DNA from: Squalus acanthias
Lineage: Eukaryota
Assembly: GCA_030390025.1 (NCBI GenBank)
Contig: JASTWF010000418.1
Span: forward strand, 310,001 to 374,000
Direction: 5' to 3'
Length of the DNA: 64,000 nt
Below, piece by piece: positions 12,601-24,600 of this stretch. Under the pieces are notes generated by a model that had not been told where the DNA came from, searched no databases, and was given only the letters and a program-made list of their open reading frames with translations. Position 1 is the first letter of the stretch. Every line of letters starts with the position of its first letter. A program made the translations under genes and the position numbers.

Positions 12601-15600
12601 GTAAATAAGGAGAAACTGTTTCCTGTGGCAGCAGAATACTTGCAGGGGAAACATTTTCAGGGCTATGGGCAAAGAGCAGGGGGGAGTGGGACTAATTGGA
12701 GAGCTCTTTCAAAGAGCCGGCACAGGCAGGATGGGCCGAATGGCCACCTCCTTCTGTGCAGGTACTATGACACTATGATCTCGGTCCTGCCTCCATGAAA
12801 GGCCACATCCAGACTGATCTTTGAAGACTTAAAAAGCAATTAAGTGGAGACAAGGGTGTCTAGAATTTCAACCGCCCGTAAGAACTTTATTATCTGGGTC
12901 ACATTCCGAGGTATCTTTTAATCAGCGTTCAGCAGTTTGAGTGAACGATTGAGGAGGCGGCTTACACATGTTTACCTTAGGATAGATAACCAATCAGTGA
13001 AGGTGCATGCGGGCCAAGATCCAATCAGGTTGCAGGAATGAATTTTGCATGAGGCTGCCATGTCTATTGTAATGTATAAAAATGTAGTGTTTGCTGTAAC
13101 AATTTGGTGAAGTCTGTCTAAAGACAGAGCAGACTGTCTCCCCACCGGTGTAATAAAGACAGATTGATTATCGATCTGAAAACCTTGTGTCGAGTGTTGG
13201 TTTAAAATACTCCACAACAGGACCTTCGCCACAAGGACTGCAGCGGTTCAAGAAGGCGGCTCACCACCACCTTCTCAAGGGCAATTAGGGATGGGCAATA
13301 AATGCCGGCCTTGCCAGCGACGCCCACATCCCAGGAACGAATTTAAAAAAGAGGAACTGAAACCTACGCTGGTGGAGCAGAAGGAATGGGGGACGAGGAG
13401 AAGGATGTTGGAGGAGCGATGGGAGGGCGCAGGGTTTTTTTAAGGAAGGAGGTCACAGACGAAAGGCACGGGGAGGATACGGAGGGAGGCGATCGCCAGG
13501 GTAAGAGTTTTGAGGTGAGTGGAGCTCGGAGCCTGGGGAGGGTTGGAGAGGACACGGGGCGGTGGGAGAGTGGGAAGACGTGGGCCATTGGGGGTTTGGG
13601 ATGAGTTGGAGTTTGCCCAGGTCGGGTTGAGGAGACAGCCCGGAGAGGACTGCGGAGTGACCGGCGAGCGAGGCACGACGCGCGAGGACCGGGGAGAAGC
13701 TCCACCCCCCTCACCAGAGGCTTCTTCACCTCGCTCCTTCCTGAGCACCCGTTCCACCAGTTCTTTCGAGGACCGGTGTCCCACCACACAGGAGTAGCTC
13801 TGGCCCCTCTCCCAGGCTTCTGACGGGACGGAGAGCTGGCTGACCGCGCCGAAGGTCCCGTTGCTGTCTGGGGTCACCGGGAAGGTGGTCCTTCCGCTTG
13901 TGACCTCGCTGCCCTGGGCTCTCCAGGTCAAGTACACGTCTCCAGGGTAGAAACCGGACACAAAGCAGGCCAGAGTTGTCGTCCCATCGTTGAGGGAACC
14001 CTCCCGCTGTCCCACTTCCAAGGTGCGTATTTCAGGGCTCTTCACCAGCTGGGCTGAAATCACAACAGGAATGGGTTTAGAAATCCCGGGAGGTGTAGAG
14101 AATTTCATTCCCCGGGTCCTGGGAGTCCCCCCATCTGGGACTGCAAACCATCCATTGAATCACATCCATCATCAATCCCCATCAAAGACCATCTCCTGCT
14201 AATCTATTCATCACACCAGACCCCCTACCTCTCCCATCGAAGCCCATCCCTCCAGTCCCCTAACTCTCCCATCGAAGCACATCCCTCCGGCTCCCTAACT
14301 CTCCCATCGAAGCCCATCCCTCTAGTCCCCTAACTCTCCCATCGAAGCCCATCCCTCCAGTCCTCTAACTTTCCCATCGAAGCCCATTCATCTAGTCCTC
14401 TAACTCGCACATTGAAGCCCATCCCTCAGGCTCCCTAACACTCCCATCGAAGCCCATCTCTCAGGCTCCCTACCTCTCCCATTGAAGCCCATCCCTATAG
14501 TCCGCTAACTCTCCCATCAAATCCCATCCCTCTAGTCCCCTAACTCTCCCATCAAAGCCCATCCCTCTAGTCCCCTAACTCTCCCATCGAGGCCCATCCC
14601 TCCAGTCCTCTAACTCTCCCATCGAAGCCCATCCCTCTAGTCCCCTAACTCTCCCATCAAATCCCATCCCTCTAGTCCCCTAACTCTCCCATCAAATCCC
14701 ATCCCTCTAGTCCCCTAACTCTCCCATCAAATCCCATCCCTCTCGTCCCCTAACTCTCCCATCAAATCCCATCCCTCTAGTCCCCTAACTCTCCCATTGA
14801 AGCGCATCTCTCTAGTTCTCTAACACACACATCGAAGCCCATCCCTCTAGTCCCCTAACTCTCTCATCGAAGCCCATCCCTCTAGTTCTCTAACACACAC
14901 ATCGACGCCCATCCCTCTAATCCCCTAACTCTCCCATCGAAGCCCATCCCTCTAGTTCTCTAACACACACATCGACGCACATCCCTCTCGTCCCCTAACT
15001 CTCCCATCGAAGCCCATCCCTCTAGTTCTCTAACACACACATTGACGCCCATCCCTCTAGACCACTAACTTTCCCATCGAAGCCCATCCCTCTAATCCCT
15101 GAACTCTCCCATCGAGGCCCATCCCTCTAGTCGCCTAACTCTCCCATCGAGGCCCATCCCTCTAATCCCCTAACTCTCCCATCGAAGCCCTTCCCTCTAG
15201 TCCTCTAACTCTCCCATCGAAGCCCATCCCTCTAATCCTCTAACTCTCCCATCGAGGCCCATCCCTCTAGTCGCCTAACTCTCCCATCGAGGCCCATCCC
15301 TCTAATCCCCTAACTCTCCCATCGAAGCCCATCCCTCTAGTCCTCTAACTCTCCCATCGAAGCCCATCCCTCTAATCCTCTAACTCTCCCATCGAGGCCC
15401 ATTCCTCCAGTCACCTAACTCTCCCATCGAAGCCCATCCCTCTAGTCCCCTAACTCTCCCATCGAAGCCCACCCCTCTAGTCTCCCACCCTAACTAGTTC
15501 CCCCTCACACATGCCGCCCTCCCCTACCCCAACCCCACCTCCCCTCCCCCTACCCTCTCCACCCCGCCCCCAGCCCCGATCGCTGACTCACCGTCTCCTG

Positions 15601-18600
15601 CAGTGATCGTGCTGGTTACTGGGGTTGTCAGTGCCTCGTGTGTAACCTCACAGGTGTAACTGGCCCCCGAACCCCAGTCCTCCCCGGACACCGTCAACTC
15701 ACTCCTGGACCTGTAGGTCCCGTCCGGGTTGGCAAGGCACGGCAGAGCCTGGGAGCCGCCGCCCACCTCCGACTCCGCACCGATCCACCGGAAGGATATC
15801 GTATCCGGGTAGAACCCAGTGGCGGCGCAGGCCAGCGTGGCGGTCTGATTGGTCAGAATCTCCTGGATCGAGGGAGGGACGAGGCGGACGGACGGAGGGG
15901 AGGGGGGACGGGCTGAGGGGGGAAAACAAAACATGGATTAGGAGCAAGGAATCTGCGGGAATGAACTCAACGTCACCTCAGGGAGGCTGGAGGTCAAATC
16001 ACGGCCCAGAGAGAGGGGCTGAAGGGTCCTCGCTCTCTGATGGGCAGTGGGTCAGAAAATGACCTGTCTCCCTCGGGAACCTGCAGATTCTACAAAGTAG
16101 TTACAGCACAGAAACAGGCCATTCGGCCCAACTGGTCCATGCCGGTGTTTATGCTCCACTCGAGCCTCCTCCCACCCTTTTCATCGAATCCCATCAGAAT
16201 ATCCTTCTACCCCTTTCTCCCTCTTATACTTACCTGGTTCCCCTTAAATGCATCTCTGCTTTTCATCTCCACCACTCCCTGTGGTAGCGAGTCCCACCTT
16301 TTCACCACGCTCTGGGCAAAGAAGTTTCTCCTGAATTCCCGATTGGATTTATCAGTGACTATCTTATATTGACGGCCCCTAGTGCTGGTCTCACCCCACA
16401 AGTGAAAATATCTTCTCTACGTCTACCCTATCAAACCCTTTCATCATCTTAAAGACCTCTATCAGGTCACCCCTCAGTCTCCTCTTTGCCAGAGAAATGT
16501 GCCCCAGGCTGTTCAGTCTTTCCTGATGGTTATAACCTTTCAGTTCTGGTATCATCCTTGTAAATCTTTTTTACATCTTCTCCAGTGCCTCTATATCCAA
16601 TTTATACTATGGAGACCAGAACTGTGCACAGTGCTCCAAGTGTGGTCTAACCCAGGTATATGGAGACCAGAACTGTGCACAGTGCTCCAAGTGTGGTCTA
16701 ACCCAGGTATATGGAGACCAGGACTGTGCACAGTGCTCCAAGTGTGGTCTAACCCAGGTATATGGAGACCAGGACTGTGCACAGTGCTCCAAGTGTGGTC
16801 TAACCCAGGTATATTGAGGCCAGAACTGTGCACAGTGCTCCAAGTGTGGTCTAACCCAGGTATATGGAGACCAGAACTGAGCACAGTGCATCAAGTGTGG
16901 TCTAACCCAGGTATATGGAGACCAGAACAGAGCACAGTGCTCCAAGTGTGGTCTAACGAAGGTATCTGGAGACCAGGACTGTGCACAGTGTTCCAAGTGT
17001 GGTCTAACCAAGGTATATGATGACCAGAAATGTGCACCGTGCTCCAAGTGTGGTCTAACCAAGTTAGATGGAGACCAGAACTGTGCACAGTGCTCCAAGT
17101 GTGGTCTAACCAAGGTATATGGAGACCAGGACTGTGCACAATGCTCCAAGTGAGGTATAACCAAGGTATGTGGAGACCAGAACTGTACACAGTGCTCCAA
17201 GTGTGGTCTAACCCAGGTATATGGAGACCAGAACTGTGCACAGTGCTCCAAGAGTGGTCTATCCAAGGCATATGGAGACCAGAACTGTGCACAGTGCTCC
17301 AAGTCTGGTCTAACCAAGGTATATGGAGACCAGGACTGTGCACAGTGCTCCAAGTGTGGTCTGAAGGCGTGATCTAGCCTGGGGACCCTCGGTTGTGTAT
17401 CAATCGCACGTCACTGACCTTCGCTGCGGACCTGTGTCCTGATTGGCTCAGCCAGTGTCCGGTGAGACACCAGGCAGGTGTAGAGTGATCCTGATGTCCA
17501 CTGCGAGCTGGAGGCGGTCAGTCTGCTGATCAGGGTATAACTCCCGTCCGGTTGGATGGAGGGGCCGGTGTCCGCGAAGCCTGAACTGACCGGCTGACCG
17601 TCCACCTCCCAGGAGAGCGAGATGTTCCGCGGGTAGAAACCGGTGGCTCCGCAGGTGAGTTTGACCTCGCTCCCGGCCGCGATCTCCTCAGGAGGAGGGC
17701 GGTGGAGGAAGGTGGAGGGAGGCTGCGGAGAGCGCACTGCAAAGGAGAGGGTTAAACATTGTGAAGATCATTCTCCGGGTAATATCACTTTCAACAAACG
17801 CCCATTTATCTCGGCCCCTTTAACACAGTAACACCTCCCAAGGAGCTTCACAGGAGCGATTAGCAAACAAAATTTCACACTGAGCCCCATAAGGAGATAT
17901 TAGGACAGGTGACCAAAACCTTGGTCAAGGAGGTCGGTTTTAAGGAGCGTCTTAAAGGAGGAGAGAGAGGCGGAGAGGTTTAGGGAGGGAATTCCAGAGC
18001 TTAGGGTCCCAGGCAGCTGAAGGCACGGCCGCCAATGGTGGAGCGATGGGAATCGGGGGATGAGCAAGAGGCCAGAATTGGAGGAACGCCGAGATCTGGG
18101 AGGGTTGTAGGGCTGGAGGAGGTTACAGAGATAAGGAGAGGGGCGAGGGCCATGGAGGGATTTGGATGCGAGGATGAGAATTTTGAAAGGGTTTGGGTTT
18201 CCGATCAATTCAAAGCAGAGGAATCGGGAACCAGACAGAGGTCACTGACCTGCACAGGAGGGTCATCAGGATGTGAGTCAGTGCAAAACAAGAACATGAA
18301 CACAACCCAACCCTTTCTTACACAACAGGACAATCATTGTCACAAGATCGGGCAAATCACTGTCCCTGCCCTGGGAGTGATTGATGGGACAGTGTAGAGG
18401 GAGCTTTACTCTGTATCTAACCCGTGCTGTACCTGCCCTGGGAGTGTTTGATGGGACAGTGTAGAGGGAGCTTTACTCTGTATCTAACCCGTGCTGTACC
18501 TGCCCTGGGAGTGTTTGATGGGACAGTGTAGAGGGAGCTTTACTCTGTATCTAACCCGTGCTGTACCTGCCCTGGGAGTGTTTGATGGGACAGTGTAGAG

Positions 18601-21600
18601 GGAGCTTTACTCTGTATCTAACCCGTGCTGTACCTGCCCTGGGAGTGTTTGATGGGACAGTGTAGAGGGAGCTTTACTCTGTATCTAACCCGTGCTGTAC
18701 CTGCCCTGGGAGTGTTTGATGGGACAGTGTAGAGGGAGCTTTACTCTGTATCTAACCCGTGCTGTACCTGCCCTGGGTGTGTTTGATGGGACAGTGTAGA
18801 GGGAGCTTTACTCTGTATCTAACCCGTGCTGTACCTGCCCTGGGAGTGTTTGATGGGACAGTGTAGAGGGAGCTTTACTCTGTATCTAACCCGTGCTGTA
18901 CCTAACATAGAAACATAGAAGATAGGAGCAGGAGTAGGCCATTCGGCCCCTCGAGCCTGCTCCGCCATTCGATGAGATCATGGCTGATCATCCAAACTCA
19001 GTACCCTGTACCTGCCTTCTCCCCATATCCCTTGATACCTTTAGCTTTAAGAAATATATCTAACTCATCCTTGAATATATTTAATGACTTCGCCTCAACT
19101 ACCTTCTGTGGTAGAGAATTCCACAAGTTCACCACTCTCTGGGTGAATAAATTCTTCCTCATTTCTGTCCTAAATGGCTTACCCCTTATCCTTAGATTAT
19201 GACCCCTGGTTCTGGACTCTCCGACCATCGGGAACATCCTTCCTGCACCTAGTTTGTCCAGACCTGTCAGAATTTTATATGTTTCGATGAGATCCCCTCT
19301 CATTCTTCTATACTCCAGTGAGTATAAGCCCAATCGACCCAATCTCTCCTCATATGTCATTCCTGCCATCCCAGGTATCAGCCTTGTGAATCTTCGCTGA
19401 ACTCCTTCCATGGCAAGAACATCCTTCCTCAGATAAGGCGACCAAAACTGCACACAGTACTCAAGGTGTGGTCTCACCAAGGCCCTGTACAACTGCAGCA
19501 GGACATCCCTGTTCCTATACTCAAACCCTTTCGCTATGAAGGCCAACATACCATTTGCCTTCTTCACCGCCTGCTGCACCTGCATGCTTACTTTCAGCGA
19601 CTGGTGCACAAGGACACCCAGGTCTCGTTGCACTTCCCCTTCTCCCAATCTATTGCCATTCAGATAATAGTCTGCCTTTCTGTTTTTGACACCAAAGTGG
19701 ATAACCTCGCACTTATCCACGTTATATTGCATCTGCCACGCTTCTGCCCACTCACCCAACCTGTCCAGATCATCCTGGAGTTTCTCGCTATCCTCCTCGC
19801 TGCACACACTCCCACCCAGCTTTGTGTCATCTGCAAACTTGGAGATATTACATTTAATTCCCTTATCTAGATCATTAATGTATATTGTGAATAGCTGGGG
19901 TCCAAGGACCGATCCCTGCGGTACCCCACTAGTCACTGCTTGCCACTCGGAAAAAGACCCATTAATTCCTACTCTCTGCTTTCTGTCTGCCAACCAGTTC
20001 TCTATCCAAGTCAATACCTTGCCCCCAATCCCATGTGCCTTAACTTTACCCGCTAATCTCTTATGCGGGACCTTATCGAAAGCCTTTTGAAAGTCCAAAT
20101 ACACCACATCTACTGGTTCTCCCTTATCTATTTTTCCAGTTACATCCTCAAAAAATTTCAGTCGATTAGTCAAGCACGATTTACCTTTTGTAAATCCATG
20201 TTGACTTTGTCCGATCCTGTCACTGTTTTTCAAATGCTCAGCTATTACATCTTTTATAATGGACTCTAGCATTTTCCCCACTACCGATGTCAGGCTTACC
20301 GGACTGTAATTCCCCGCTTTCTCTCTTCCACCCTTTTTGAATAGTGGGGTAAAATTAGCTACCCTCCAATCCATGGGTACAGTTCCAGATTCCATCGAAT
20401 GTCGGAAGATGATCAGCAATGCGCTGGGAGTGTTTGATGGGACAGTGTAGAGGGAGCTTTACTCTGTATCTAACCCGTGCTGTACCTGCCCTGAGAGTGT
20501 TTGATGGGACAGTGTAGAAGGAGCTTTACTCTGTATCTAACCCGTGCTGTACCTGCCCTGGGAGTGTTTGATGGGGCAATGTGGAGGGAGCTTTACTCTG
20601 TGTCTAACCACGTGCTGTACCTGCCCTGGGAGTGTTTGATGGGACAGTGTAGAGGGAGCTTTACTCTGTATCTAACTTGTGCTGTTCCTGTCCAGGGAGT
20701 GTTTGATGGGACAGTGTAGAGGGAGCTTTACTCTGTATCTTACCCGTGCTGTACATGCCCTGGGAGTGTTTGATGGGACAGTGTAGAGGGAGCTTTAATC
20801 TGTGTCTAACCACGTGCTGTACCTGCCCTGGGAGTGTTTGATGGGACAGTGTAGAGGGAGCTTTACTCTGTGTCTAACCCGTGCTGTACCTGCCCTGGGC
20901 GTGTTTGATGGGACAGTGTAGAGGGAGCTTTACTCTGTATCTAACGTGTGCTGTACCTGCCCTGGGAGTGTTTGATGGGCCAGTGTAGAGGGAGCTTTAC
21001 TCTGTATCTAACCCGTGCTGTACCTGCCCTGGGAGTATTTGATGGGACAGTGTAGAGGGAGCTTTACTCTGTATCTAACCCGTGCTGTACCTGCCCTGGG
21101 AGTGTTTGATGGGACAGTGTAGAGGGAGCTTTACTCTGTATCTAACCCCGTGCTGTACCTGCCCTGGGAGTGTTTGATGGGACAGTGTGGAGGGAGCTGT
21201 ACTCTCTATCTAAGGGATGAGGTGTATCTTACCGTCATGTTTGCTGAGGGTCTGTGTCAGCGGAGTTGTTGAGGAAAGGTGTTTGACCAGACAGGTGAAG
21301 ATTGATCCTGAATCCCATTCCCGGACAGGGACCTTTAACGTGCTGCTGGAACTGTAGGTCCCATTCTCGTGTTGCGTTGTGTGGCCAGGCTCCGAGGAGA
21401 AGGATGACTGGCGGTTATTGATGAGCCAGGTGAAGGAGATGTTCCTGGGGTGAAATCCGACTGCCTGACACCCCAATGTGGCCGTCCCGTTAGTGTCCAT
21501 TTCATCGTAGGTGGGGGGTAGGACGTAGACGCTGGGAACCGTAGGGTATCGGGCTGGAGATCCACCGGAGAGAGAACGGAATGAAGGCATTAGTGGGCAG

Positions 21601-24600
21601 TGAGAGATCAGGCCCACCTTGGAGCCCCCCAGTTAATCGCCCCCCAGACTGGGGGGAGGAGAGAGATCAGCCCCTCACTCAGAGCCCCCCAGTTAATCGC
21701 CCCCCAGACTGGGGGCAACAGCGAGATCAGCCCCTCACTCAGAGCCCCCCAGTTAATCGCCCCCCAGACTGGGGGGAAGAGCGAGATCAGCCCCTCACTC
21801 GGAGCGCCCCAGTTCACCGGACCCCCAGATTGGGGGGAAGAGCGAGATCAGCCCCTCACTCAGAGCCCCCCAGTGAATCAGCCCCCCAGACTGGGGGCAA
21901 CAGCTAGATCAGCCCCTCACTCAGAGCCCCCCAGTTAATCGCCCCCCAGACTGGGGGGAGGAGAGAGATCAGCCCCTCACTCAGAGCCCCCCAGTTAATC
22001 GCCCCCCAGACTGGGGGCAACAGCGAGATCAGCCCCTCACTCAGAGCCCCCCAGTTAATCACCCCCCAGACTGGGGGGAAGAGCGAGATCAGCCCCTCAC
22101 TCGGAGCCCCCCAGTTAATCGCCCCCCAGACTCGGGGGAAGAGCGAGATCAGCCCCTCACTCGGAGTCCCCCAGTTCACCGGCCCCCCAGACTGGGGGGA
22201 GCAGCGTTGGAGTGTTTCCGATGTCTGGGTTGTGATTCCGCGGGGGCTCATTAACGACAATCGCGGGAACCCGCTGGATTGAAATGGAAGGGGAGTGGGT
22301 GGGGGTGGGGGGGCCGGGGAGGAGCGCCCCTCGCGATCTGTTCCCCGGGTTACAAACCTCCCCTCCCCTCCCCCGGCGACTGGGAGCCAAGCCCAGGGGT
22401 TAACCCACTAAACCTCCAACCCCCAACTATCTAATCCCCAGCACGAATCTCCACCTCGAACCGCCCAGCCCAATTCAACCTCCCTAACCCCCGACCCCCT
22501 CGCTGCACCCCTGCCCCTCCCCCCAACAACCCCCAGCAGTCCAGACACTCACCTCTGGTCCTGATCTCCTTGACGATCGGCTGGGTCAACGTCTGGTGTG
22601 AGACGACACACTGGTACTTGTCCACATCCACCCAGTCTCGACCCCTGACCTCCAGCTGACTGACGGTGGTGTACCGATCCGCGGGGTCTCGGGACAGAGG
22701 CTGCTCGGTGATTCCCGACCTCACTCGTCTTCCGTCCGAGAACCAGGAGATCTGCACACTGGGGGGGTAGAATCCGCTGACTAGGCAGAGCAGGGGGGTG
22801 AAACCGTTCTCCGATATCTCCCCCGGGGGCGGGTAATGAAGCTGGACCGAGGGAGGAGAGGACGATGGCACTGGAACAAGAATCGAGGGGTCAGTCACTG
22901 GCCTGAGTGTCTCTGGCCCAGAATCGAGGGGTCAGTCACTGGCCCGAGTGTCTCTGGCCCAGAATAGAGAGGTCAATCACTGGCCCGAGTGTCTCTGGCC
23001 CAGAATAGAGAGGTCAATCACTGGCCCGAGTGTCTCTGGCCCAGAATCGAGGGGTCAGTCACTGATCTCAGTGTCTCTGGCACAGAATCGAGGGGTTCAG
23101 TCACTGGCCCGAGTGTCTCTGGCCCAGAATCGAGGGGTCAGTCACTGACCTCAGTGTCTCTGGCCCAGAATCGAGGGGTCAGTCACTGGCCCGAGTGTCT
23201 CTGGCCCAGAATCGAGGGGTCAGTCACTGACCTCAGTGTCTCTGGCCCAGAATCGAGGGGTCAGTCACTGGCCCGAGTGTCTCTGGCCCAGATGCGATGG
23301 GTCAATCACTGACCTCAGTGTGTCTGGCCCAGAATCGAGAGGTCAATCACTGACCTCAGTGTGTCTGGCCCAGAATCGACAGTGATTGGACAGTGTAGAG
23401 GGAGCTTTACTCTGTATCTAACCCGTCCTGTACCTGCCCTGGGAGTGTTTGATGGGACAGTGTAGAGGGAGCTTTACTCTGTATCTAACCCCATGCTGTA
23501 CCTGCCCTGGGAGTATTTGATGGGACAGTGTAGAGGGAGTTTTACTCTGTATCTAACGTGTGCTGTACCTGCCCTGGGAGTGTTTGATGGGACAGTGTGG
23601 AGGGAGCTGTACTCTCTATCTGAGGGATGAGGTGTATCTTACCATCATGTTTGCTGAGGTTCTGTGTCAGCGGAGTTGTTGAGGAAAGGTGTTTGACCAG
23701 ACAGGTGAAGATTGATCCTGAATCCCATTCCCGGACAGGGACCTTTAACGTGCTGCTGGAACTGTAGGTCCCATTCTCGTGTTGCGTTGTGTGGCCAGGC
23801 TCCGAGGAGAAGGATGTCTGGCGGTTATTGATGAGCCAGGTGAAGGAGATCTTCCTGGGATGAAATCCGACTGCCTGACACCCCAATGTGGCCGTCCCGT
23901 TAGTGTCCATTTCATCGTAGGTGGGGGGTAGGACGTAGACGCTGGGAACCGTAGGGTATCGGGCTGGAGATCCACCGGAGAGAGAACGGAATGAAGGCAT
24001 TAGTGGGCGGTGAGAGATCAGGCCCACCTTGGAGCCCCCCAGTTAATCGCCCCCCAGACTGGGGGGACAGCGAGATCAGCCCCTCACTCACAGCCCCCCA
24101 GTTAATCACCCCCAGACTGGGGTGAACAGCGAGATCAGCCCCTCACTCAGAGACCCCCAGTTAATCGCCCCCCAGACTGGGGGGAACAGTGAGATCAGCC
24201 CCTCACTCGGTGCCCCCAAGTTAATCGCCCCCCAGACTGGGGTGAACAGCGAGATCAGCCCCTCACTCAGAGACCCCCAGTTAATCGCCCCCCAGACTGG
24301 GGTGAACAGCGAGATCAGCCCCTCACTCAGAGACCCCCAGTTTACCGGCCCCCCAGTTAATCGCCCCCCAGACTGGGGGGGAAGAGCGAGAGGAGCCTGT
24401 AGGATATAGTGTACCTGTAGGATTTAGTAAACATTGTTAAGATTTTGTAACCATTATTAAGTAAGTATAATATGTGAAATTGTATGTTAAAAACCTAAAA
24501 CGCCTGTATAAAATGGCTGGGAAGCAAAGCATGATGGTAAAATTAAGCCAACATTATGTTAACTGGGAGAATAGTGCTGAGTTGGTGTAGATTTTCTGTT

